From positions 1 to 64,000 of the IMG/VR virus record IMGVR_UViG_3300034407_001956: a stretch of DNA of 64,000 nt; one strand, 5' to 3'. This document shows, in pieces, positions 48,467 to 55,711 of this stretch. The position numbers were made by a program, and so were the translations under genes. Each line of letters begins with the position of its first letter. Position 1 is the first letter of the stretch. The notes below the pieces were generated by a model. That model worked only from the letters and a program-made list of their open reading frames with translations, ran no database searches and had not been told where the DNA came from. The DNA is from a virus.

Positions 48467-48646
48467 ATGAATTTAGACTACAGGGATTGGGAAGAGCTTG
48501 AAGATGAAGCATTGGAAGAATCTCAACAGACTAAGAAAAAACCAAAAAAGAAAAAGAAAACTTGGAAGGAATTAAACACAAATGAACAGACTAAAAGGAA
48601 TAAAAAGACTGGCAAACTATGGTCTAATCACCCTAATAGGATTTAA
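48467..48646 (+). CDS. Small acidic/basic hypothetical (59 aa, not in track)
   Basis: SD AGGAG then MNLDYRDWEELEDE...KKKPKKKKK. Confidence 0.5.
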   Translation: MNLDYRDWEELEDEALEESQQTKKKPKKKKKTWKELNTNEQTKRNKKTGKLWSNHPNRI

Positions 48647-49130
48647 CTTATTTATAGGTTGTGAAGATAGCAACCACATAGAGCCGATAGAATTTGTATT
48701 AGAATCTAATTTAACTGAAGATTCTAATGGCTTTTACCACTTAGAGATAGATACTTCGGTATGGCAAACTCTACATAGAATAAGTGGTGGTGTTTACAGA
48801 AATGGCGAATCTGTAGATGTAATAAAATTTGGATGGTACAGTTCTCATCATTGGATAATAGGAGATGAGTTCGGTTACGTTATAGCTAACAATGGATTAA
48901 CCGATGATATGACATACGTTGGTTATGACACGACATATATTACTTGGTTTACTGGTTGGGAAGTTCCAATCGTAAATGGTGCATCTTATAGTAATTCGGA
49001 TGGAGAAGTGAATACTATGATGGCGCCTATAAAAACTATGGTAGGAGATACTGCTGCTATTCAATACTCTTTCTACGATGACTGGAGAGGGGAAGAAACC
49101 AATGGGGTATTTTATGTAATATTTGATTAG
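48582..49130 (+). CDS. Putative lipoprotein
   Basis: Basic N-terminus, hydrophobic stretch, lipobox FIGC. Confidence 0.6.
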   Translation: MNRLKGIKRLANYGLITLIGFNLFIGCEDSNHIEPIEFVLESNLTEDSNGFYHLEIDTSVWQTLHRISGGVYRNGESVDVIKFGWYSSHHWIIGDEFGYVIANNGLTDDMTYVGYDTTYITWFTGWEVPIVNGASYSNSDGEVNTMMAPIKTMVGDTAAIQYSFYDDWRGEETNGVFYVIFD

Positions 49131-49143
49131 TAGGAGATGAGCT

Positions 49144-49392
49144 ATGAAGTTTGTGTTGGTAGATAAATTAGACAACATAACTGATAAGAGAGATTTTAGC
49201 AATATAGAAGAAGCTAATAGGTATTTTATCAGCAGGAAGCAAATAGAAGAGAATGAATTTAATAACTTGTGGAAAGTAATGTTACAGAGTGATTATGACA
49301 CTCAAAGGCAGATTTCACAAAGGCAAGGAAGTACAATACAATATGAGTGGTGGAGAGAAGAGGATACATATTTGGATGGGGAGAAGTCGTAA
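49144..49392 (+). CDS. Hypothetical protein
   Basis: SD AGGAG; 82 aa. Confidence 0.6.
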   Translation: MKFVLVDKLDNITDKRDFSNIEEANRYFISRKQIEENEFNNLWKVMLQSDYDTQRQISQRQGSTIQYEWWREEDTYLDGEKS

Positions 49393-49477
49393 TGAATTGG
49401 AATAAATTTATAAGAGATGAAATGGTACACATTTATATTGGTATGTTTATATTAATTATTTTAATCGTGTTGAATAA

Positions 49478-49645
49478 ATGAAAGAATTAACTAAAGAACA
49501 ACAAAAAGAATTGGAAATGCTGGCTACTGAAATAGAAGCAGAAGCTATCCAAATGAAAATAGACTATGAGAACAATCCATCAGAAATGAGCGGAAGTATT
49601 GTAGTTGTACACGAAGAATCAGAATACTTAGATGAGGAAGAGTGA
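49478..49645 (+). CDS. Small acidic hypothetical (55 aa, not in track)
   Basis: MKELTKEQQKELE...LDEEE; GTGA overlap with next gene. Confidence 0.5.
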   Translation: MKELTKEQQKELEMLATEIEAEAIQMKIDYENNPSEMSGSIVVVHEESEYLDEEE

Positions 49646-50406
49646 CTAAAAAATATGTAGATACATCTAAACTATCTGTTAGAGAAATAGATAGAAAGAT
49701 TGCTAAGAAATTAATAGTTGAGAATCATTATTCACATCAATGGACAAAATGTACTCACGCATTGGGTTTGTTTACCACAACGGGTAGAGAACACTCATTT
49801 TTTGATGAACCTGAAGAGAAGTTAATTGGTGCTATATGTTATGGAGATCCAATAGGTAGAAACTCTGGCGCTTCAATATCATTAGCAGTACCGAGAACAG
49901 CAGTATTTGAGTTGGTAAGATTATTTGTATTTGATGGTTATGGTGGCAATATAGAATCATATCTAATAGGTGAGAGTTTTAGGTGGTTGAAGAAGAATAG
50001 GCCGGATATAAAAGCTCTCATATCATATTCAGACCCAATGCAAGGTCATGTTGGAACTGTGTATCAGGCAACCAATTGGATATACCAAGGTAATAATATA
50101 AGGTGGTCTGATAGTTGGTTGTTTAGATTTGAAGAGGATGGTAAGTGGCAACACGGAAGAACTATATTTCCTTATTATGGCACAAATGATATAAAGAAGA
50201 TGAAAGGCTTAGTTAAGAATGACTTTTGGGTAAAGAAAGAGGTGAAGAAACATAGATATGTTTATCTATTAGGAACTAAGGGAGACAGAAAGAAAGCTTT
50301 AAGAAAAATAAAACATCCGATTCTACCATATCCGAAAACAGGTGATATAATGGAATCAGAAATAGTAAAAATAAAAGTACACAAATTTGGGAGGATTGAT
50401 GGCTAA
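49642..50406 (+). CDS. Mom-like GNAT-fold DNA modification protein (paralog 3)
   Basis: NHYS, LIGAICYG, FELVRLF, NIESYLIG, LISYSDP..GHVGTVYQATNWIYQG, KHRYVYLL; close to paralog 1. Confidence 0.78.
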   Translation: MTKKYVDTSKLSVREIDRKIAKKLIVENHYSHQWTKCTHALGLFTTTGREHSFFDEPEEKLIGAICYGDPIGRNSGASISLAVPRTAVFELVRLFVFDGYGGNIESYLIGESFRWLKKNRPDIKALISYSDPMQGHVGTVYQATNWIYQGNNIRWSDSWLFRFEEDGKWQHGRTIFPYYGTNDIKKMKGLVKNDFWVKKEVKKHRYVYLLGTKGDRKKALRKIKHPILPYPKTGDIMESEIVKIKVHKFGRIDG

Positions 50407-50947
50407 TCACGTATGGACAAGAACAGTAATAAATTCGGATAAAGAAGAGGTTCATTCTAAATTATTGGAGTGGTATGGTGAAATAAAACAACACCACGAT
50501 GTAAAAGGAGTTGTTGAACCAATATTCGGAAAAGATTGGGATTATGATATAAACTTAATAGGTAGCAAATGGATTGTGATAGAAGATTGTACATTAGGTG
50601 ATGCTCCAGATACAGAGATTAACTTCTGTTCAGCCTGGTCTCCGCCAATAGAGTTTATGGAAGAATTTACGGCAACTTTAGTAGCTATAGATGATACAGT
50701 TACGGTAGAGTTTACAGGCGATGAAGAATCAGATGACTTTTTGTTTGCTGGTTATGGTAGTAAGAATGGATTTCATTGTGAAGAAGATTCTGATGTTCCT
50801 GAAAGACCATTTGAAGAAGAATGTGAAGAGGATGGTACAGATTATGATGAATTGGTAGATGAGTTTTACGATGAGTGTTGGTCGATACAAAATAATATGT
50901 TAAGTATGTGTAAAAAGAAGGTAGAAGAAAATGATAAAGATAATTAG
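50399..50947 (+). CDS. YubB/DUF1281 ferredoxin-like acidic protein
   Basis: MANHV, GSKW, FCSAWSPP. Confidence 0.6.
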   Translation: MANHVWTRTVINSDKEEVHSKLLEWYGEIKQHHDVKGVVEPIFGKDWDYDINLIGSKWIVIEDCTLGDAPDTEINFCSAWSPPIEFMEEFTATLVAIDDTVTVEFTGDEESDDFLFAGYGSKNGFHCEEDSDVPERPFEEECEEDGTDYDELVDEFYDECWSIQNNMLSMCKKKVEENDKDN

Positions 50948-51086
50948 TATAACGCTAGCATTGTTACTTTTCAATAGTTGCGCTTGGTTGTCTGCACCTT
51001 ACGAATCAGACAATGATAGGCAGACAGAAAAAAAGAAGAAACAAAAACGAAACAAAGGTGAAAAGCCTGATTTAGATAGGATGTAA
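50931..51086 (+). CDS. Small putative lipoprotein (51 aa, not in track)
   Basis: MIKIISITLALLLFNSC lipobox. Confidence 0.5.
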   Translation: MIKIISITLALLLFNSCAWLSAPYESDNDRQTEKKKKQKRNKGEKPDLDRM

Positions 51087-51088
51087 AT

Positions 51089-51328
51089 ATGATACAAATA
51101 GAAATAATAGGTTGGGTGTGGTTAGGAATAATCGTAGGTATGCTAATAGGCATAGTTTTAAGTTCTTTAATGGGTGCTAGTAAGTTTGGTGATTTACAGG
51201 CAGACAATGTAAAGCTTAAATTTATAGCAGACTCACTCAAAGAGGAAATATTCAGATTAGAAAACCAAGTCAAGCCAAAACCAAGAAAGAAAAGAATTCA
51301 AGCTAAATCAATAAAAATTGGTGAATAA
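51089..51328 (+). CDS. Membrane protein (N-terminal TM + coiled coil)
   Basis: Hydrophobic helix then heptad-like segment. Confidence 0.6.
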   Translation: MIQIEIIGWVWLGIIVGMLIGIVLSSLMGASKFGDLQADNVKLKFIADSLKEEIFRLENQVKPKPRKKRIQAKSIKIGE

Positions 51329-51395
51329 ATAATATCTTTGATATTTATTTATAAGTTAAAAAACTGCAGAATATAACTTAAATGGAGATCGAATA

Positions 51396-51677
51396 GTGAA
51401 TCAAAATGACCGGAAGGAATTTGAGATTGTTCATTTAAAGATAGATGAACTCAAAAATAATATAGAGAAAATGCAAGCAGATATGGAAAAGGCTCATCTT
51501 AAAACGGATGACAATCTAAGTTTCATTAAGGAAAATCTATTCAATCCCCAAGAAGGCCTATGGGCTGAGACAAAACAAAATAGTCAATTCAGAGAATCCG
51601 CTGGTAAGTGGAGAAGTATGATTGGCGCTGGTTTTATTGGGCTGTTCTTCAAGCAGCTATATGACGTTTTCGGATAA
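51396..51677 (+). CDS. Coiled-coil protein with C-terminal hydrophobic segment
   Basis: SD GGAG, GTG start. Confidence 0.6.
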   Translation: MNQNDRKEFEIVHLKIDELKNNIEKMQADMEKAHLKTDDNLSFIKENLFNPQEGLWAETKQNSQFRESAGKWRSMIGAGFIGLFFKQLYDVFG

Positions 51678-52152
51678 AATATCACCAATAAACTTAGAAT
51701 CGTTTCTCAATATGACTGTCGTTACAGGTCATGGTGGGAAAGAAGTCGTTAATTTAGATGGAAAGCTAAAGACTGTCAGAGAATTAGTTGATTATTGGAA
51801 TCCTCAAAGAATACAACAAACTATAGATAAACTATCAATGGGTAAAAATAAAGAGACAATGGAGAAAACTGGTTCATTTGATTTTTGCCGTAATCCACAA
51901 TATTTAAATTGTATGGTGGCTGGCTTCAGACATAATGTAGCAAACCACCACGAAATTGGTTGGGATAAGATGACTAAAGAATATTATGATTCATTAGAAC
52001 CAATGAGTGATGAAGAGATAGAGATATACCTAAGAGAGAATCCAGTAGAGTTTGATAAAGGACATATACATAGCTCGTATCACAGAGCTTGTGCTATGGT
52101 TGGTAGATTAATAAAAGGTCAAAAATATATAACATTTTATGTACGAGAATAA
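51661..52152 (+). CDS. Hypothetical protein (weak ParB/Srx-like YHR motif)
   Basis: SSYHRACAM. Confidence 0.5.
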   Translation: MTFSDKISPINLESFLNMTVVTGHGGKEVVNLDGKLKTVRELVDYWNPQRIQQTIDKLSMGKNKETMEKTGSFDFCRNPQYLNCMVAGFRHNVANHHEIGWDKMTKEYYDSLEPMSDEEIEIYLRENPVEFDKGHIHSSYHRACAMVGRLIKGQKYITFYVRE

Positions 52153-52660
52153 GGATTGGATTTGGATGATGCCCCACGGAGACATAACACGAGTAAAGTA
52201 TTTAGATGAGGTGGATATGCCAAAGGATGAGTTTGCTATATGCCAGTCTAGCATATTAGCTCTGATGGGTATAAGAGATAATGAAGATTTAGATATAATA
52301 ACAACCAATGAACCAACTAAACGAACTGAACCACACAATGAACATTCTTTATCTGCTTGGGGGCGTGGTAGTACAAATGGTCACGTTGAGTCGGTTCATC
52401 CATATGAATATGGTATAGATAATATAGAAGATAGTAGTTTCAAATTCAAAGGTTATAATTTCCTATATCCTAAGTACTATTTCAGATATAAGAAAGTGCC
52501 ACCAATGGGTGACCAAAACGATTGGGAAAGGGATATATCAGATTGGAAAGGTATAGTACAATTCTTTGATATTAGTAGTCACTTAGACTATCCATTTAAT
52601 CAGCTAACAGAAGAACAATTAGGAGTCGAATATCTTAAAAGATATACAGAAACTATTTGA
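52139..52660 (+). CDS. Nucleotidyltransferase-fold-like protein
   Basis: QSSILALMGIR...DLDII; late RDISD. Confidence 0.45.
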   Translation: MYENKDWIWMMPHGDITRVKYLDEVDMPKDEFAICQSSILALMGIRDNEDLDIITTNEPTKRTEPHNEHSLSAWGRGSTNGHVESVHPYEYGIDNIEDSSFKFKGYNFLYPKYYFRYKKVPPMGDQNDWERDISDWKGIVQFFDISSHLDYPFNQLTEEQLGVEYLKRYTETI

Positions 52661-53153
52661 GTGGGTAGGCGATAGAGAAGTCGTAGATTTAGGTAGGAAT
52701 GGTGGATTCGCTCATAAGGGTATGTATAAGATAGAAAACAAATGGATAATGAAAGTTACTAATCTAAGAGAGTATACTATTACTCATCATTTACAAGGGC
52801 ACGACAATATAGTATCTATGATGCCAATGTCTCAAAGGAGTGGTAAATACGCTTCGGTAGTTATGGAGTATTGTGATAAAGGTAATCTATCCAACTGTGA
52901 TATTACAGAGATTGGTAAACAAAATATAATAGAGGATATAACTAAAGGCATAGGATATATGCTGAGTAAGGGATATATTCAGAATGACTTATGGAGAGAA
53001 AGAGGAGAACACCTTAGTAATTTCTTCGTAAGAAAGAACGGAACTGTGGTATTGGGTGACTTCGGTAATGTGAGTAAGGTTACTAATAAAAATCTAACAG
53101 AATTAATGAAACAACTTGATAATATTATTGAATATATTAATATATATTGTTGA
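52632..53153 (+). CDS. Miniature eukaryotic-type protein kinase-like protein (start uncertain)
   Basis: In-frame upstream LGRNGGF G-loop, IMK, HDNIV, VVMEYCDKGNL, NDL...N, DFG; track ATG is 52722. Confidence 0.65.
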   Translation: MLKDIQKLFEWVGDREVVDLGRNGGFAHKGMYKIENKWIMKVTNLREYTITHHLQGHDNIVSMMPMSQRSGKYASVVMEYCDKGNLSNCDITEIGKQNIIEDITKGIGYMLSKGYIQNDLWRERGEHLSNFFVRKNGTVVLGDFGNVSKVTNKNLTELMKQLDNIIEYINIYC

Positions 53154-53304
53154 GGGGTGTCAATGGCGGAGACACCGAAAACGCGTGTGAATACGTGTAT
53201 CGCTTAATTTCTTTGACACCATTGGTAAAATCTACTAATCGTAGATTTCACCTATAATTGTACTTAATGGTAAATCATAAGGCTTTCCCAATTGAGGGAA
53301 ATGC
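53154..53304 (+). ncRNA. Structured intergenic RNA (unknown class)
   Basis: GGTGTCAA/TTGACACC, ACGCGTG/TACGTGT, AAATCTAC/GTAGATTT and TTTCCC/GGGAAA helices in a GC-richer gap. Confidence 0.45.
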
Positions 53305-53322
53305 TCGGTCGGGAGATTAGTT

Positions 53323-53496
53323 ATGAAAAGGGATATATTAAAAAGGTTTTTGGAATTGGTTCAATCAAAGAATAGGCTCGGTGAGTTAGAAGAATCACTA
53401 CTCAGAGCAAAAACACTCATCAGCTTAGACATAAAGCTTGATAGTATAGAGGATGATTACTTTATGAACCGTGAACATAGAAGGGTAAAGAAATGA
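53323..53496 (+). CDS. Small hypothetical (57 aa, not in track)
   Basis: SD GGGAG; MKRDILKRFLELV...; ATGA overlap. Confidence 0.55.
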   Translation: MKRDILKRFLELVQSKNRLGELEESLLRAKTLISLDIKLDSIEDDYFMNREHRRVKK

Positions 53497-53828
53497 AAAT
53501 GAGATGGCAAGATTTATATCTGCTTCCGAAGTGGTGGAGCATAGCGGTATGGTCAATAACAATAATCCTATACCTAACCCTAATCGGTTGTAAGGAGGAT
53601 ATGTATATAATGGGCTACGGATTGGTGCCGGGTGATAAGGAAGAAGCAACCCTAAACTTTCCCCTAATTGATAAGAACAATGTAACGCACAACTTTCTTA
53701 AAGAATATAACATCGGTATATACGATGAGGATGTAATGTATTGTGCTAGTCATCATACTTGGGAAAGCATACGTGGTGTATACGATATGGAATCCGATAT
53801 GAAGGTATACGAGGTAAGGGATAAATAA
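53493..53828 (+). CDS. Membrane-anchored or lipoprotein hypothetical
   Basis: Hydrophobic helix ending LIGC. Confidence 0.55.
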   Translation: MKMRWQDLYLLPKWWSIAVWSITIILYLTLIGCKEDMYIMGYGLVPGDKEEATLNFPLIDKNNVTHNFLKEYNIGIYDEDVMYCASHHTWESIRGVYDMESDMKVYEVRDK

Positions 53829-53921
53829 TAATATAATGGAGAAATATAATGAAAGAATATAAATGTCCAAATTGCACCTGCAGTGATGATGATTTGTGTG
53901 CTTGTTGTATAAATAAATAAT

Positions 53922-54338
53922 ATGGTAAATAAAAATGATATGAGATGGCCTAAGGTTTGTGAGGGTGAATGTGTACCGAAGGGATGGGGAGAAGAAATAA
54001 TAATAGCTAATAACAAAGACTATTGTGGTAAGGTATTGGTATTCAAAGAAAGCGGTAAGTTCTCAATGCACTTCCATATGATAAAGGACGAGACGTGGTA
54101 TGTAGAGAAGGGAAGGTTTGTGTATAGGTGGATAGATATATTAACAGCGGAGATAAAAGAAAACCTATTAAAGCCAGGCGACGTGGTAAGACAAAGGCCA
54201 GGCCAACCTCACCAATTGGAGTGTCTAAACGGTGGCGGTAGGATATTTGAGGTGAGTACAGAACATAAGGATTCAGACTCATATAGGGTAATGCCAGGTG
54301 ACTCTCAATCTAAGAAGGACATCAACCCATTTAAGTAA
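53922..54338 (+). CDS. Cupin (mannose-6-P isomerase/lyxose isomerase-like)
   Basis: VPKGWG.E, YCGK, SMHFH..KDETW, PGQPH, EVST...DSYRV..GD. Confidence 0.8.
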   Translation: MVNKNDMRWPKVCEGECVPKGWGEEIIIANNKDYCGKVLVFKESGKFSMHFHMIKDETWYVEKGRFVYRWIDILTAEIKENLLKPGDVVRQRPGQPHQLECLNGGGRIFEVSTEHKDSDSYRVMPGDSQSKKDINPFK

Positions 54339-54368
54339 AATAAATTTCAGCGTCATATACTTATATGT

Positions 54369-54644
54369 ATGACAGACAACTTCAAAAAGCTAGATAAGAT
54401 TCCAACAATCAAATCATTGGATACTAAGGTAAGAAGGCTTACCAATGTAATAAAGGATCCTGATGGTTATAATAGTGGAATAGCCTCATCGAAGAGGATT
54501 GAAAAAGTAGAGGAGAGAGTGGATGAATTAACCGCTATTTCCCACCCACCTGTTGATTTCTCCCATAAGTTAGATTCATTACACCATAAGATAGATAGGA
54601 TGATTGAGATGCTTGAGCGTCTTACAGACGAGCAATCAAATTAA
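54369..54644 (+). CDS. Hypothetical coiled-coil protein
   Basis: 91 aa ORF followed by terminator. Confidence 0.55.
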   Translation: MTDNFKKLDKIPTIKSLDTKVRRLTNVIKDPDGYNSGIASSKRIEKVEERVDELTAISHPPVDFSHKLDSLHHKIDRMIEMLERLTDEQSN

Positions 54645-54646
54645 TT

Positions 54647-54670
54647 GGTTAGAGATTCTCTCTAGCCTTT
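54647..54670 (+). terminator. Intrinsic terminator
   Basis: GGTTAGAGA-TTC-TCTCTAGCC then TTT. Confidence 0.55.
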
Positions 54671-54720
54671 ACTATCTATTACTATTCATCCTCATATGTA
54701 AACTATGGTGGGATGAGACT

Positions 54721-54750
54721 TAACCCACTTTAACCCTTTTTGACACACTT
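54721..54750. repeat. Three imperfect 10-bp tandem repeats
   Basis: TAACCCACTT TAACCCTTTT TGACACACTT. Confidence 0.45.
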
Positions 54751-54882
54751 CACTACTTATTAGATATAAATCAGTATGTCAGGGAGCGCAGAGTATATCG
54801 CTCGTATGTCATACTGTCAGAGTATTTTTTATAGTAGCTTTGATATTATCGGTATGTCAAAGTGACAGAAATGGAGGGTTTT

Positions 54883-55398
54883 ATGGCTAAAGTAAGCAAA
54901 TCTAAGGTAGTATGGGCGATTAATGAGACTCAGAGTATGCGTCAAGCCTCTCAATTGTTAGGCTTAGCGTATAATACGTTTAAGAAGTACGCAAAGTTGT
55001 ATGAGGTGTGGGCTCCGTTAGAGACAAACGCAGGTATACCACAGCGTAGTAGCGGAGGACTTAAACCAGCTGAGTTGGAAGATATATTCGCTGGAAAGAA
55101 TCCATCGTATAGTTCTACTAAGTTATTACACCGCTGTTTTAGGGAAGGATACTTAGCAGAGGAGTGTAGTAACTGTGGATATGATGAGTACCGCCCCTCT
55201 GATATGACTAAACCGCTAATGTTGGATTACTTAGATGATGACCAGACCAATAAGGAGCTAGCCAATCTCAGGGTATTGTGTTATTGTTGTTATTATATAC
55301 TCAAAATGGACAGATTAGAGGTAGAAGTACCAGCAAATGTCAAATCCTTTCAGAAAGCCATATACACCGCTTTTAATCAGAGTAACGAATCCAAGTAG
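54883..55398 (+). CDS. HTH + zinc-binding HNH-like protein with degenerate catalytic residues
   Basis: SMRQASQLLGLAYNTFKKYAK HTH; CSNCG...LMLDYLDDDQTN..LANLRVLCYCCY; SD GGAGG. Confidence 0.75.
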   Translation: MAKVSKSKVVWAINETQSMRQASQLLGLAYNTFKKYAKLYEVWAPLETNAGIPQRSSGGLKPAELEDIFAGKNPSYSSTKLLHRCFREGYLAEECSNCGYDEYRPSDMTKPLMLDYLDDDQTNKELANLRVLCYCCYYILKMDRLEVEVPANVKSFQKAIYTAFNQSNESK

Positions 55399-55426
55399 TT
55401 TGTTATATCTTTCAGGGCCAACCCTG

Positions 55427-55455
55427 AATTTACACAATTCTGACGTAAAAGTCAA
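55427..55455 (-). promoter_or_regulatory. Minus-strand sigma70-type promoter
   Basis: TTGACT-N17-TAAATT with TG extended -10 on the reverse strand. Confidence 0.55.
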
Positions 55456-55518
55456 GCCATAATATAACTTTTTTTAATAGAAGCGCTGTCATGATGCCGT
55501 GCGCAGAGTCGCCAATCC

Positions 55519-55702
55519 AAAATAAATGAAAATAAGGCTTGACATTGTGGTTTATTCTGTGTATATTAAGGTGTTGAATGAGGGGATTAAACGATGGATT
55601 CAACGCTCTTTGAAAATTAGTTAAAAAAAGTTAAAATAAGGCTTGACTTTCTCATTTATTCTCTGTATATTAAGGGGTTGGATGAGGTGAGTTTTTTGAA
55701 AA
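55519..55702 (+). promoter_or_regulatory. Tandem duplicated sigma70 promoters P1/P2, each followed by a boxA-like element
   Basis: P1 TTGACA 55539-N17-TATATT; P2 TTGACT 55643-N17-TATATT; A-tract UP elements; CGCTCTTTGAAAA 55604-16 and GTTTTTTGAAAA 55691-702. Confidence 0.8.
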
Positions 55703-55711
55703 GTTAAAGAA

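Noticed and set aside
53227-53246. TCTAC-TAATC-GTAGAT resembles the Cas12a crRNA handle (possible solitary repeat or RNA anti-CRISPR)
   Set aside because: The 5' AATT of the handle is AAAA, the last loop base is C rather than U, the stem extends beyond the handle, and there is one copy only; an ordinary hairpin explains it.
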